Shown in pieces: positions 9,022-24,888 of a DNA stretch of 64,000 nucleotides. The notes beneath the pieces were generated by a model. It was not told where the DNA came from. It did not search any database and saw nothing but the letters and a program-made list of their open reading frames with translations. This DNA is from Pavona decussata (taxonomy: Eukaryota), in assembly GCA_977016875.1 (NCBI GenBank), contig CDRNST010000119.1, positions 806,001 to 870,000 on the forward strand, in the 5' to 3' direction. Made by a program: the position numbers and the translations under genes. The first letter of the stretch is position 1. Each line of letters opens with the position of its first letter.

Positions 9022-11204
9022 CTAAAATGGAAAAAATGAATAAATGAAGAATGATGTAATTAATAGTAAAGTAGAAAACTTGACTATTAATTTTGACAAT
9101 TTTCCTGTCACCTGTCCTTTTTCTGGGAGCTTAACGAGACGTGCTGTCCAAATGCAAACATAGCATAAACTACGACGTCTTTTGATCTAGTTCAAATAAA
9201 ATGCTTTTGTAAGATGTTTTGGCACTACCTGTTTGGAAGAAGCGGAGTAAAATTTACTTATCTTTTTCACAGTAAATGCAAAGACATCGTAATTGTAATC
9301 GTAATTACAGATGTTGGGGAGTGTTAGTACAATTAGTATTTGTATTATAAAGGCTGCTTTCTCTCTTATACTTGAATAGAGATACGATTATAAAAATACT
9401 CTAAACTTAACCAACAAAAGCATAAGTTAATGATCAGATTAGAGATTTCCGTTTTATATAATTGAATAAGGGACTTGTTGTTTTTTTTTTACAGGAAGGT
9501 AACAAGAGGCTGTTCTTTTTGTTGCCCGGAGTCAGCATCAATGTACATTCCATAGACAGGACTCTCAGACTGGAATTGTGCACGAAGGTGTTTCTGTACC
9601 ATTTGTCTACTGAAACCATAGACTTTCTGTTCTAGTTCCCTCTCATGCCAAGGTAATAAAGCAATCAGACGGCCTTCGTGCTGTATCCATTCAGGATATC
9701 CTCCTTGTCACAACTGGCCAATATTAACAATGGAACTCTGACAAGACAACGTCATAAGTTGTATCAACATCAATTCCAATCAAATGGTTTATGGTGAAAC
9801 TGCAGTTCAGAGGCCCAATGTGCTGCTCTCTTGCTATCCTCTGAAGGGCTAGCACGGGATTATCATAGCAGAACCTTATGAAGGCATGGCAATGTAGCGC
9901 CAGTAATGCATTCAGACTGAGATGGAATGGTCATCCCTCTTTTGCAATCTTGGGATCAAAAGGGGACATTAAAACCAACTTCTCCACACAGGTGCAGAAA
10001 ATAGCATCTAGATTCTGAGCTCTCTCTCTGAAGGACATGTGGAGAACATAAACCAGAATTCTTTCAAGGGTCTTCCGTAATGGTCTGTAGGCTCGTTTCT
10101 TCCACCTCTGGAAGCTGGTAACAAAACTGTGCTTTTTCTTTATGAACAAATGAATCAAGGAAAAAGTGCACTGCCAGCATGGACCAGTGGCCTTTAAATA
10201 GCTTGAGAACATTGCCTGTGTCGTCATTCCTGGCATAGTGAACAGCACAGAGTTCAGGCGCATCCACACGATTTAATATTGTGTACAATGCGTTTTCCAA
10301 GGGTGTATCACTGGCTGGGTTTCCTCCAAGAATTATGCCATCACTGTCGTTTACCACAACTGTGTCGAGGTATGCAAAACATCCAAACGACCCCTTTCTG
10401 GAACAGAGGCTTGATAAGCACTTTGATCCAAGTATGGCTGGTGAAGCTCATCTCCAACTTTACACTCTGTGTAGTATGTCTGGAACAGCTTGTAACGCAT
10501 TTTTCACTTTCCTGTTGGTTAAGTGACTGAGCGGCTCATTACTAAACTCCAAAATCGGGAACTGTTGGACATTCTTATGCACCTTCATAGCATCACCCAG
10601 GGCCGAGGCAGGGCTTCCAATGTCAATCTTCTCGTATAGAACTACAGCTATTCGAGGCCGCCTTGCTCATTGAGAAGCTGTTTTTTGCGATTCTGGTGCA
10701 TCTTCTGGTTCGCCTGGCAAGGCCTTCATGGCTGTGCTAATCAGCTTGCCAACCTCACACGTTAGCTGAATGTTGAGTTAAAATTTCTGCTGTATGGCCA
10801 GGCATAATTTATTTAGAACCTAAACAAAAAAATGTACAACTTACTCACCCATGGCTAGAGCTGTGTTTATTACCATAATGGTTATCATCATCATCGTGTC
10901 TTTTATTTAAACACAATAAAATTCGCGTCAAAAATTATATTCTCTTACTTCTTAGCCCTATAAAAAGAAAACTGTTTTTGTCTTGGAAATACAACGCTGT
11001 ACCTCGTTCCTGTACTTTGCAACAAGAAAGCCCGTTTCTGGGACTTTTTAGTTTAAATCGGTTAAAATAATAACATTATTTCATTTTGAGTCACATCAAT
11101 TTAAGACATTTGTTTTCTTTATCTGCTGAGCAACAACAATGGTTGAGGCATTTGTTGCACTTACTATGCGACAACTTACTAAGATGGAGAGTGCGTGTAT
11201 TGCC

Positions 11205-11758
11205 TCATGCCTTATTTGCATCCTGCAATGTTGCTGGGAAATTTTCCGGAGCTCTTTTGATGGTGCTCAACTGGTCGTCAGAGAAAAGTGTTTTCCAGTG
11301 TCTTCCGTCTTCTGTGTAGCAAACAAGAAGTTCTTCATTTGCACGGATATTTCGCTTTGACTTGTTTCAAAGGAAACCCTTTCGCTTGGGAAACTGGCAG
11401 TTACCACGTTCAGCTATCAGCCTAGAGAACTTGGATCCTGCCAAGGAAAAAGGAAACAATCCGTCATTGCAATTTTTCCCCAACCCTGTCTCGTACTCCT
11501 TTTCTGTGCTGTCAGTGTCCACGGAAAATCCCTTTTTTTTGGACAGTCACAAGGTAATCCCCAGATCTATTCGGATCATGCCAGCCTACAGTAGCTGTTG
11601 GTGCATAGGCAGAAACAAATGTGTCGGTAGGTATTGCTCAAACAGTAAAGAGCCCAGTGCCTGTACTTGCACCACCGATACCAATGCAAGTACTTTCACG
11701 AACCTGCAAGTGGTCCTCTGCTGTAGAAACAGGGGAATAATGGTGTCGCTCGCAATTT
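11205..11758 (-). pseudogene. SET-domain remnant, unit 5
   Basis: Copy of 257-810, same lesions. Confidence 0.78.
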
Positions 11759-13941
11759 CTAAAATGGAAAAAATGAATAAATGAAGAATGATGTAATTAA
11801 TAGTAAAGTAGAAAACTTGACTATTAATTTTGACAATTTTCCTGTCACCTGTCCTTTTTCTGGGAGCTTAACGAGACGTGCTGTCCAAATGCAAACATAG
11901 CATAAACTACGACGTCTTTTGATCTAGTTCAAATAAAATGCTTTTGTAAGATGTTTTGGCACTACCTGTTTGGAAGAAGCGGAGTAAAATTTACTTATCT
12001 TTTTCACAGTAAATGCAAAGACATCGTAATTGTAATCGTAATTACAGATGTTGGGGAGTGTTAGTACAATTAGTATTTGTATTATAAAGGCTGCTTTCTC
12101 TCTTATACTTGAATAGAGATACGATTATAAAAATACTCTAAACTTAACCAACAAAAGCATAAGTTAATGATCAGATTAGAGATTTCCGTTTTATATAATT
12201 GAATAAGGGACTTGTTGTTTTTTTTTTACAGGAAGGTAACAAGAGGCTGTTCTTTTTGTTGCCTGGAGTCAGCATCAATGTACATTCCATAGACAGGACT
12301 CTCAGACTGGAATTGTGCACGAAGGTGTTTCTGTACCATTTGTCTACTGAAACCATAGACTTTCTGTTCTAGTTCCCTCTCATGCCAAGGTAATAAAGCA
12401 ATCAGACGGCCTTCGTGCTGTATCCATTCAGGATATCCTCCTTGTCACAACTGGCCAATATTAACAATGGAACTCTGACAAGACAACGTCATAAGTTGTA
12501 TCAACATCAATTCCAATCAAATGGTTTATGGTGAAACTGCAGTTCAGAGGCCCAATGTGCTGCTCTCTTGCTATCCTCTGAAGGGCTAGCACGGGATTAT
12601 CATAGCAGAACCTTATGAAGGCATGGCAATGTAGCGCCAGTAATGCATTCAGACTGAGATGGAATGGTCATCCCTCTTTTGCAATCTTGGGATCAAAAGG
12701 GGACATTAAAACCAACTTCTCCACACAGGTGCAGAAAATAGCATCTAGATTCTGAGCTCTCTCTCTGAAGGACATGTGGAGAACATAAACCAGAATTCTT
12801 TCAAGGGTCTTCCGTAATGGTCTGTAGGCTCGTTTCTTCCACCTCTGGAAGCTGGTAACAAAACTGTGCTTTTTCTTTATGAACAAATGAATCAAGGAAA
12901 AAGTGCACTGCCAGCATGGACCAGTGGCCTTTAAATAGCTTGAGAACATTGCCTGTGTCGTCATTCCTGGCATAGTGAACAGCACAGAGTTCAGGCGCAT
13001 CCACACGATTTAATATTGTGTACAATGCGTTTTCCAAGGGTGTATCACTGGCTGGGTTTCCTCCAAGAATTATGCCATCACTGTCGTTTACCACAACTGT
13101 GTCGAGGTATGCAAAACATCCAAACGACCCCTTTCTGGAACAGAGGCTTGATAAGCACTTTGATCCAAGTATGGCTGGTGAAGCTCATCTCCAACTTTAC
13201 ACTCTGTGTAGTATGTCTGGAACAGCTTGTAACGCATTTTTCACTTTCCTGTTGGTTAAGTGACTGAGCGGCTCATTACTAAACTCCAAAATCGGGAACT
13301 GTTGGACATTCTTATGCACCTTCATAGCATCACCCAGGGCCGAGGCAGGGCTTCCAATGTCAATCTTCTCGTATAGAACTACAGCTATTCGAGGCCGCCT
13401 TGCTCATTGAGAAGCTGTTTTTTGCGATTCTGGTGCATCTTCTGGTTCGCCTGGCAAGGCCTTCATGGCTGTGCTAATCAGCTTGCCAACCTCACACGTT
13501 AGCTGAATGTTGAGTTAAAATTTCTGCTGTATGGCCAGGCATAATTTATTTAGAACCTAAACAAAAAAATGTACAACTTACTCACCCATGGCTAGAGCTG
13601 TGTTTATTACCATAATGGTTATCATCATCATCGTGTCTTTTATTTAAACACAATAAAATTCGCGTCAAAAATTATATTCTCTTACTTCTTAGCCCTATAA
13701 AAAGAAAACTGTTTTTGTCTTGGAAATACAACGCTGTACCTCGTTCCTGTACTTTGCAACAAGAAAGCCCGTTTCTGGGACTTTTTAGTTTAAATCGGTT
13801 AAAATAATAACATTATTTCATTTTGAGTCACATCAATTTAAGACATTTGTTTTCTTTATCTGCTGAGCAACAACAATGGTTGAGGCATTTGTTGCACTTA
13901 CTATGCGACAACTTACTAAGATGGAGAGTGCGTGTATTGCC

Positions 13942-14495
13942 TCATGCCTTATTTGCATCCTGCAATGTTGCTGGGAAATTTTCCGGAGCTCTTTTGATGG
14001 TGCTCAACTGGTCGTCAGAGAAAAGTGTTTTCCAGTGTCTTCCGTCTTCTGTGTAGCAAACAAGAAGTTCTTCATTTGCACGGATATTTCGCTTTGATTT
14101 GTTTCAAAGGAAACCCTTTCGCTTGGGAAACTGGCAGTTACCACGTTCAGCTATCAGCCTAGAGAACTTGGATCCTGCCAAGGAAAAAGGAAACAATCCG
14201 TCATTGCAATTTTTCCCCAACCCTGTTTCGTACTCCTTTTCTGTGCTGTCAGTGTCCACGGAAAATCCCTTTTTTTTGGACAGTCACAAGGTAATCCCCA
14301 GATCTATTCGGATCATGCCAGCCTACAGTAGCTGTTGGTGCATAGGCAGAAACAAATGTGTCGGTAGGTATTGCTCAAACAGTAAAGAGCCCAGTGCCTG
14401 TACTTGCACCACCGATACCAATGCAAGTACTTTCACGAACCTGCAAGTGGTCCTCTGCTGTAGAAACAGGGGAATAATGGTGTCGCTCGCAATTT
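13942..14495 (-). pseudogene. SET-domain remnant, unit 6
   Basis: Copy of 257-810, same lesions. Confidence 0.78.
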
Positions 14496-16677
14496 CTAAA
14501 ATGGAAAAAATGAATAAATGAAGAATGATGTAATTAATAGTAAAGTAGAAAACTTGACTATTAATTTTGACAATTTTCCTGTCACCTGTCCTTTTTCTGG
14601 GAGCTTAACGAGACGTGCTGTCCAAATGCAAACATAGCATAAACTACGACGTCTTTTGATCTAGTTCAAATAAAATGCTTTTGTAAGATGTTTTGGCACT
14701 ACCTGTTTGGAAGAAGCGGAGTAAAATTTACTTATCTTTTTCACAGTAAATGCAAAGACATCGTAATTGTAATCGTAATTACAGATGTTGGGGAGTGTTA
14801 GTACAATTAGTATTTGTATTATAAAGGCTGCTTTCTCTCTTATACTTGAATAGAGATACGATTATAAAAATACTCTAAACTTAACCAACAAAAGCATAAG
14901 TTAATGATCAGATTAGAGATTTCCGTTTTATATAATTGAATAAGGGACTTGTTGTTTTTTTTTTACAGGAAGGTAACAAGAGGCTGTTCTTTTTGTTGCC
15001 CGGAGTCAGCATCAATGTACATTCCATAGACAGGACTCTCAGACTGGAATTGTGCACGAAGGTGTTTCTGTACCATTTGTCTACTGAAACCATAGACTTT
15101 CTGTTCTAGTTCCCTCTCATGCCAAGGTAATAAAGCAATCAGACGGCCTTCGTGCTGTATCCATTCAGGATATCCTCCTTGTCACAACTGGCCAATATTA
15201 ACAATGGAACTCTGACAAGACAACGTCATAAGTTGTATCAACATCAATTCCAATCAAATGGTTTATGGTGAAACTGCAGTTCAGAGGCCCAATGTGCTGC
15301 TCTCTTGCTATCCTCTGAAGGGCTAGCACGGGATTATCATAGCAGAACCTTATGAAGGCATGGCAATGTAGCGCCAGTAATGCATTCAGACTGAGATGGA
15401 ATGGTCATCCCTCTTTTGCAATCTTGGGATCAAAAGGGGACATTAAAACCAACTTCTCCACACAGGTGCAGAAAATAGCATCTAGATTCTGAGCTCTCTC
15501 TCTGAAGGACATGTGGAGAACATAAACCAGAATTCTTTCAAGGGTCTTCCGTAATGGTCTGTAGGCTCGTTTCTTCCACCTCTGGAAGCTGGTAACAAAA
15601 CTGTGCTTTTTCTTTATGAACAAATGAATCAAGGAAAAAGTGCACTGCCAGCATGGACCAGTGGCCTTTAAATAGCTTGAGAACATTGCCTGTGTCGTCA
15701 TTCCTGGCATAGTGAACAGCACAGAGTTCAGGCGCATCCACACGATTTAATATTGTGTACAATGCGTTTTCCAAGGGTGTATCACTGGCTGGGTTTCCTC
15801 CAAGAATTATGCCATCACTGTCGTTTACCACAACTGTGTCGAGGTATGCAAAACATCCAAACGACCCCTTTCTGGAACAGAGGCTTGATAAGCACTTTGA
15901 TCCAAGTATGGCTGGTGAAGCTCATCTCCAACTTTACACTCTGTGTAGTATGTCTGGAACAGCTTGTAACGCATTTTTCACTTTCCTGTTGGTTAAGTGA
16001 CTGAGCGGCTCATTACTAAACTCCAAAATCGGGAACTGTTGGACATTCTTATGCACCTTCATAGCATCACCCAGGGCCGAGGCAGGGCTTCCAATGTCAA
16101 TCTTCTCGTATAGAACTACAGCTATTCGAGGCCGCCTTGCTCATTGAGAAGCTGTTTTTTGCGATTCTGGTGCATCTTCTGGTTCGCCTGGCAAGGCCTT
16201 CATGGCTGTGCTAATCAGCTTGCCAACCTCACACGTTAGCTGAATGTTGAGTTAAAATTTCTGCTGTATGGCCAGGCATAATTTATTTAGAACCTAAACA
16301 AAAAAATGTACAACTTACTCACCCATGGCTAGAGCTGTGTTTATTACCATAATGGTTATCATCATCATCGTGTCTTTTATTTAAACACAATAAAATTCGC
16401 GTCAAAAATTATATTCTCTTACTTCTTAGCCCTATAAAAAGAAAACTGTTTTTGTCTTGGAAATACAACGCTGTACCTCGTTCCTGTACTTTGCAACAAG
16501 AAAGCCCGTTTCTGGGACTTTTTAGTTTAAATCGGTTAAAATAATAACATTATTTCATTTTGAGTCACATCAATTTAAGACATTTGTTTTCTTATCTGCT
16601 GAGCAACAACAATGGTTGAGGCATTTGTTGCACTTACTATGCGACAACTTACTAAGATGGAGAGTGCGTGTATTGCC

Positions 16678-17231
16678 TCATGCCTTATTTGCATCCTGCA
16701 ATGTTGCTGGGAAATTTTCCGGAGCTCTTTTGATGGTGCTCAACTGGTCGTCAGAGAAAAGTGTTTTCCAGTGTCTTCCGTCTTCTGTGTAGCAAACAAG
16801 AAGTTCTTCATTTGCACGGATATTTCGCTTTGACTTGTTTCAAAGGAAACCCTTTCGCTTGGGAAACTGGCAGTTACCACGTTCAGCTATAAGCCTAGAG
16901 AACTTGGATCCTGCCAAGGAAAAAGGAAACAATCCGTCATTGCAATTTTTCCCCAACCCTGTCTCGTACTCCTTTTCTGTGCTGTCAGTGTCCACGGAAA
17001 ATCCCTTTTTTTTGGACAGTCACAAGGTAATCCCCAGATCTATTCGGATCATGCCAGCCTACAGTAGCTGTTGGTGCATAGGCAGAAACAAATGTGTCGG
17101 TAGGTATTGCTCAAACAGTAAAGAGCCCAGTGCCTGTACTTGCACCACCGATACCAATGCAAGTACTTTCACGAACCTGCAAGTGGTCCTCTGCTGTAGA
17201 AACAGGGGAATAATGGTGTCGCTCGCAATTT
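16678..17231 (-). pseudogene. SET-domain remnant, unit 7
   Basis: Copy of 257-810, same lesions. Confidence 0.78.
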
Positions 17232-19414
17232 CTAAAATGGAAAAAATGAATAAATGAAGAATGATGTAATTAATAGTAAAGTAGAAAACTTGACTATTAA
17301 TTTTGACAATTTTCCTGTCACCTGTCCTTTTTCTGGGAGCTTAACGAGACGTGCTGTCCAAATGCAAACATAGCATAAACTACGACGTCTTTTGATCTAG
17401 TTCAAATAAAATGCTTTTGTAAGATGTTTTGGCACTACCTGTTTGGAAGAAGCGGAGTAAAATTTACTTATCTTTTTCACAGTAAATGCAAAGACATCGT
17501 AATTGTAATCGTAATTACAGATGTTGGGGAGTGTTAGTACAATTAGTATTTGTATTATAAAGGCTGCTTTCTCTCTTATACTTGAATAGAGATACGATTA
17601 TAAAAATACTCTAAACTTAACCAACAAAAGCATAAGTTAATGATCAGATTAGAGATTTCCGTTTTATATAATTGAATAAGGGACTTGTTGTTTTTTTTTT
17701 ACAGGAAGGTAACAAGAGGCTGTTCTTTTTGTTGCCTGGAGTCAGCATCAATGTACATTCCATAGACAGGACTCTCAGACTGGAATTGTGCACGAAGGTG
17801 TTTCTGTACCATTTGTCTACTGAAACCATAGACTTTCTGTTCTAGTTCCCTCTCATGCCAAGGTAATAAAGCAATCAGACGGCCTTCGTGCTGTATCCAT
17901 TCAGGATATCCTCCTTGTCACAACTGGCCAATATTAACAATGGAACTCTGACAAGACAACGTCATAAGTTGTATCAACATCAATTCCAATCAAATGGTTT
18001 ATGGTGAAACTGCAGTTCAGAGGCCCAATGTGCTGCTCTCTTGCTATCCTCTGAAGGGCTAGCACGGGATTATCATAGCAGAACCTTATGAAGGCATGGC
18101 AATGTAGCGCCAGTAATGCATTCAGACTGAGATGGAATGGTCATCCCTCTTTTGCAATCTTGGGATCAAAAGGGGACATTAAAACCAACTTCTCCACACA
18201 GGTGCAGAAAATAGCATCTAGATTCTGAGCTCTCTCTCTGAAGGACATGTGGAGAACATAAACCAGAATTCTTTCAAGGGTCTTCCGTAATGGTCTGTAG
18301 GCTCGTTTCTTCCACCTCTGGAAGCTGGTAACAAAACTGTGCTTTTTCTTTATGAACAAATGAATCAAGGAAAAAGTGCACTGCCAGCATGGACCAGTGG
18401 CCTTTAAATAGCTTGAGAACATTGCCTGTGTCGTCATTCCTGGCATAGTGAACAGCACAGAGTTCAGGCGCATCCACACGATTTAATATTGTGTACAATG
18501 CGTTTTCCAAGGGTGTATCACTGGCTGGGTTTCCTCCAAGAATTATGCCATCACTGTCGTTTACCACAACTGTGTCGAGGTATGCAAAACATCCAAACGA
18601 CCCCTTTCTGGAACAGAGGCTTGATAAGCACTTTGATCCAAGTATGGCTGGTGAAGCTCATCTCCAACTTTACACTCTGTGTAGTATGTCTGGAACAGCT
18701 TGTAACGCATTTTTCACTTTCCTGTTGGTTAAGTGACTGAGCGGCTCATTACTAAACTCCAAAATCGGGAACTGTTGGACATTCTTATGCACCTTCATAG
18801 CATCACCCAGGGCCGAGGCAGGGCTTCCAATGTCAATCTTCTCGTATAGAACTACAGCTATTCGAGGCCGCCTTGCTCATTGAGAAGCTGTTTTTTGCGA
18901 TTCTGGTGCATCTTCTGGTTCGCCTGGCAAGGCCTTCATGGCTGTGCTAATCAGCTTGCCAACCTCACACGTTAGCTGAATGTTGAGTTAAAATTTCTGC
19001 TGTATGGCCAGGCATAATTTATTTAGAACCTAAACAAAAAAATGTACAACTTACTCACCCATGGCTAGAGCTGTGTTTATTACCATAATGGTTATCATCA
19101 TCATCGTGTCTTTTATTTAAACACAATAAAATTCGCGTCAAAAATTATATTCTCTTACTTCTTAGCCCTATAAAAAGAAAACTGTTTTTGTCTTGGAAAT
19201 ACAACGCTGTACCTCGTTCCTGTACTTTGCAACAAGAAAGCCCGTTTCTGGGACTTTTTAGTTTAAATCGGTTAAAATAATAACATTATTTCATTTTGAG
19301 TCACATCAATTTAAGACATTTGTTTTCTTTATCTGCTGAGCAACAACAATGGTTGAGGCATTTGTTGCACTTACTATGCGACAACTTACTAAGATGGAGA
19401 GTGCGTGTATTGCC

Positions 19415-19968
19415 TCATGCCTTATTTGCATCCTGCAATGTTGCTGGGAAATTTTCCGGAGCTCTTTTGATGGTGCTCAACTGGTCGTCAGAGAAAAGTG
19501 TTTTCCAGTGTCTTCCGTCTTCTGTGTAGCAAACAAGAAGTTCTTCATTTGCACGGATATTTCGCTTTGATTTGTTTCAAAGGAAACCCTTTCGCTTGGG
19601 AAACTGGCAGTTACCACGTTCAGCTATCAGCCTAGAGAACTTGGATCCTGCCAAGGAAAAAGGAAACAATCCGTCATTGCAATTTTTCCCCAACCCTGTT
19701 TCGTACTCCTTTTCTGTGCTGTCAGTGTCCACGGAAAATCCCTTTTTTTTGGACAGTCACAAGGTAATCCCCAGATCTATTCGGATCATGCCAGCCTACA
19801 GTAGCTGTTGGTGCATAGGCAGAAACAAATGTGTCGGTAGGTATTGCTCAAACAGTAAAGAGCCCAGTGCCTGTACTTGCACCACCGATACCAATGCAAG
19901 TACTTTCACGAACCTGCAAGTGGTCCTCTGCTGTAGAAACAGGGGAATAATGGTGTCGCTCGCAATTT
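19415..19968 (-). pseudogene. SET-domain remnant, unit 8
   Basis: Copy of 257-810, same lesions. Confidence 0.78.
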
Positions 19969-22151
19969 CTAAAATGGAAAAAATGAATAAATGAAGAATG
20001 ATGTAATTAATAGTAAAGTAGAAAACTTGACTATTAATTTTGACAATTTTCCTGTCACCTGTCCTTTTTCTGGGAGCTTAACGAGACGTGCTGTCCAAAT
20101 GCAAACATAGCATAAACTACGACGTCTTTTGATCTAGTTCAAATAAAATGCTTTTGTAAGATGTTTTGGCACTACCTGTTTGGAAGAAGCGGAGTAAAAT
20201 TTACTTATCTTTTTCACAGTAAATGCAAAGACATCGTAATTGTAATCGTAATTACAGATGTTGGGGAGTGTTAGTACAATTAGTATTTGTATTATAAAGG
20301 CTGCTTTCTCTCTTATACTTGAATAGAGATACGATTATAAAAATACTCTAAACTTAACCAACAAAAGCATAAGTTAATGATCAGATTAGAGATTTCCGTT
20401 TTATATAATTGAATAAGGGACTTGTTGTTTTTTTTTTACAGGAAGGTAACAAGAGGCTGTTCTTTTTGTTGCCCGGAGTCAGCATCAATGTACATTCCAT
20501 AGACAGGACTCTCAGACTGGAATTGTGCACGAAGGTGTTTCTGTACCATTTGTCTACTGAAACCATAGACTTTCTGTTCTAGTTCCCTCTCATGCCAAGG
20601 TAATAAAGCAATCAGACGGCCTTCGTGCTGTATCCATTCAGGATATCCTCCTTGTCACAACTGGCCAATATTAACAATGGAACTCTGACAAGACAACGTC
20701 ATAAGTTGTATCAACATCAATTCCAATCAAATGGTTTATGGTGAAACTGCAGTTCAGAGGCCCAATGTGCTGCTCTCTTGCTATCCTCTGAAGGGCTAGC
20801 ACGGGATTATCATAGCAGAACCTTATGAAGGCATGGCAATGTAGCGCCAGTAATGCATTCAGACTGAGATGGAATGGTCATCCCTCTTTTGCAATCTTGG
20901 GATCAAAAGGGGACATTAAAACCAACTTCTCCACACAGGTGCAGAAAATAGCATCTAGATTCTGAGCTCTCTCTCTGAAGGACATGTGGAGAACATAAAC
21001 CAGAATTCTTTCAAGGGTCTTCCGTAATGGTCTGTAGGCTCGTTTCTTCCACCTCTGGAAGCTGGTAACAAAACTGTGCTTTTTCTTTATGAACAAATGA
21101 ATCAAGGAAAAAGTGCACTGCCAGCATGGACCAGTGGCCTTTAAATAGCTTGAGAACATTGCCTGTGTCGTCATTCCTGGCATAGTGAACAGCACAGAGT
21201 TCAGGCGCATCCACACGATTTAATATTGTGTACAATGCGTTTTCCAAGGGTGTATCACTGGCTGGGTTTCCTCCAAGAATTATGCCATCACTGTCGTTTA
21301 CCACAACTGTGTCGAGGTATGCAAAACATCCAAACGACCCCTTTCTGGAACAGAGGCTTGATAAGCACTTTGATCCAAGTATGGCTGGTGAAGCTCATCT
21401 CCAACTTTACACTCTGTGTAGTATGTCTGGAACAGCTTGTAACGCATTTTTCACTTTCCTGTTGGTTAAGTGACTGAGCGGCTCATTACTAAACTCCAAA
21501 ATCGGGAACTGTTGGACATTCTTATGCACCTTCATAGCATCACCCAGGGCCGAGGCAGGGCTTCCAATGTCAATCTTCTCGTATAGAACTACAGCTATTC
21601 GAGGCCGCCTTGCTCATTGAGAAGCTGTTTTTTGCGATTCTGGTGCATCTTCTGGTTCGCCTGGCAAGGCCTTCATGGCTGTGCTAATCAGCTTGCCAAC
21701 CTCACACGTTAGCTGAATGTTGAGTTAAAATTTCTGCTGTATGGCCAGGCATAATTTATTTAGAACCTAAACAAAAAAATGTACAACTTACTCACCCATG
21801 GCTAGAGCTGTGTTTATTACCATAATGGTTATCATCATCATCGTGTCTTTTATTTAAACACAATAAAATTCGCGTCAAAAATTATATTCTCTTACTTCTT
21901 AGCCCTATAAAAAGAAAACTGTTTTTGTCTTGGAAATACAACGCTGTACCTCGTTCCTGTACTTTGCAACAAGAAAGCCCGTTTCTGGGACTTTTTAGTT
22001 TAAATCGGTTAAAATAATAACATTATTTCATTTTGAGTCACATCAATTTAAGACATTTGTTTTCTTTATCTGCTGAGCAACAACAATGGTTGAGGCATTT
22101 GTTGCACTTACTATGCGACAACTTACTAAGATGGAGAGTGCGTGTATTGCC

Positions 22152-22705
22152 TCATGCCTTATTTGCATCCTGCAATGTTGCTGGGAAATTTTCCGGAGCT
22201 CTTTTGATGGTGCTCAACTGGTCGTCAGAGAAAAGTGTTTTCCAGTGTCTTCCGTCTTCTGTGTAGCAAACAAGAAGTTCTTCATTTGCACGGATATTTC
22301 GCTTTGACTTGTTTCAAAGGAAACCCTTTCGCTTGGGAAACTGGCAGTTACCACGTTCAGCTATAAGCCTAGAGAACTTGGATCCTGCCAAGGAAAAAGG
22401 AAACAATCCGTCATTGCAATTTTTCCCCAACCCTGTCTCGTACTCCTTTTCTGTGCTGTCAGTGTCCACGGAAAATCCCTTTTTTTTGGACAGTCACAAG
22501 GTAATCCCCAGATCTATTCGGATCATGCCAGCCTACAGTAGCTGTTGGTGCATAGGCAGAAACAAATGTGTCGGTAGGTATTGCTCAAACAGTAAAGAGC
22601 CCAGTGCCTGTACTTGCACCACCGATACCAATGCAAGTACTTTCACGAACCTGCAAGTGGTCCTCTGCTGTAGAAACAGGGGAATAATGGTGTCGCTCGC
22701 AATTT
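22152..22705 (-). pseudogene. SET-domain remnant, unit 9
   Basis: Copy of 257-810, same lesions. Confidence 0.78.
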
Positions 22706-24888
22706 CTAAAATGGAAAAAATGAATAAATGAAGAATGATGTAATTAATAGTAAAGTAGAAAACTTGACTATTAATTTTGACAATTTTCCTGTCACCTGTC
22801 CTTTTTCTGGGAGCTTAACGAGACGTGCTGTCCAAATGCAAACATAGCATAAACTACGACGTCTTTTGATCTAGTTCAAATAAAATGCTTTTGTAAGATG
22901 TTTTGGCACTACCTGTTTGGAAGAAGCGGAGTAAAATTTACTTATCTTTTTCACAGTAAATGCAAAGACATCGTAATTGTAATCGTAATTACAGATGTTG
23001 GGGAGTGTTAGTACAATTAGTATTTGTATTATAAAGGCTGCTTTCTCTCTTATACTTGAATAGAGATACGATTATAAAAATACTCTAAACTTAACCAACA
23101 AAAGCATAAGTTAATGATCAGATTAGAGATTTCCGTTTTATATAATTGAATAAGGGACTTGTTGTTTTTTTTTTACAGGAAGGTAACAAGAGGCTGTTCT
23201 TTTTGTTGCCCGGAGTCAGCATCAATGTACATTCCATAGACAGGACTCTCAGACTGGAATTGTGCACGAAGGTGTTTCTGTACCATTTGTCTACTGAAAC
23301 CATAGACTTTCTGTTCTAGTTCCCTCTCATGCCAAGGTAATAAAGCAATCAGACGGCCTTCGTGCTGTATCCATTCAGGATATCCTCCTTGTCACAACTG
23401 GCCAATATTAACAATGGAACTCTGACAAGACAACGTCATAAGTTGTATCAACATCAATTCCAATCAAATGGTTTATGGTGAAACTGCAGTTCAGAGGCCC
23501 AATGTGCTGCTCTCTTGCTATCCTCTGAAGGGCTAGCACGGGATTATCATAGCAGAACCTTATGAAGGCATGGCAATGTAGCGCCAGTAATGCATTCAGA
23601 CTGAGATGGAATGGTCATCCCTCTTTTGCAATCTTGGGATCAAAAGGGGACATTAAAACCAACTTCTCCACACAGGTGCAGAAAATAGCATCTAGATTCT
23701 GAGCTCTCTCTCTGAAGGACATGTGGAGAACATAAACCAGAATTCTTTCAAGGGTCTTCCGTAATGGTCTGTAGGCTCGTTTCTTCCACCTCTGGAAGCT
23801 GGTAACAAAACTGTGCTTTTTCTTTATGAACAAATGAATCAAGGAAAAAGTGCACTGCCAGCATGGACCAGTGGCCTTTAAATAGCTTGAGAACATTGCC
23901 TGTGTCGTCATTCCTGGCATAGTGAACAGCACAGAGTTCAGGCGCATCCACACGATTTAATATTGTGTACAATGCGTTTTCCAAGGGTGTATCACTGGCT
24001 GGGTTTCCTCCAAGAATTATGCCATCACTGTCGTTTACCACAACTGTGTCGAGGTATGCAAAACATCCAAACGACCCCTTTCTGGAACAGAGGCTTGATA
24101 AGCACTTTGATCCAAGTATGGCTGGTGAAGCTCATCTCCAACTTTACACTCTGTGTAGTATGTCTGGAACAGCTTGTAACGCATTTTTCACTTTCCTGTT
24201 GGTTAAGTGACTGAGCGGCTCATTACTAAACTCCAAAATCGGGAACTGTTGGACATTCTTATGCACCTTCATAGCATCACCCAGGGCCGAGGCAGGGCTT
24301 CCAATGTCAATCTTCTCGTATAGAACTACAGCTATTCGAGGCCGCCTTGCTCATTGAGAAGCTGTTTTTTGCGATTCTGGTGCATCTTCTGGTTCGCCTG
24401 GCAAGGCCTTCATGGCTGTGCTAATCAGCTTGCCAACCTCACACGTTAGCTGAATGTTGAGTTAAAATTTCTGCTGTATGGCCAGGCATAATTTATTTAG
24501 AACCTAAACAAAAAAATGTACAACTTACTCACCCATGGCTAGAGCTGTGTTTATTACCATAATGGTTATCATCATCATCGTGTCTTTTATTTAAACACAA
24601 TAAAATTCGCGTCAAAAATTATATTCTCTTACTTCTTAGCCCTATAAAAAGAAAACTGTTTTTGTCTTGGAAATACAACGCTGTACCTCGTTCCTGTACT
24701 TTGCAACAAGAAAGCCCGTTTCTGGGACTTTTTAGTTTAAATCGGTTAAAATAATAACATTATTTCATTTTGAGTCACATCAATTTAAGACATTTGTTTT
24801 CTTTATCTGCTGAGCAACAACAATGGTTGAGGCATTTGTTGCACTTACTATGCGACAACTTACTAAGATGGAGAGTGCGTGTATTGCC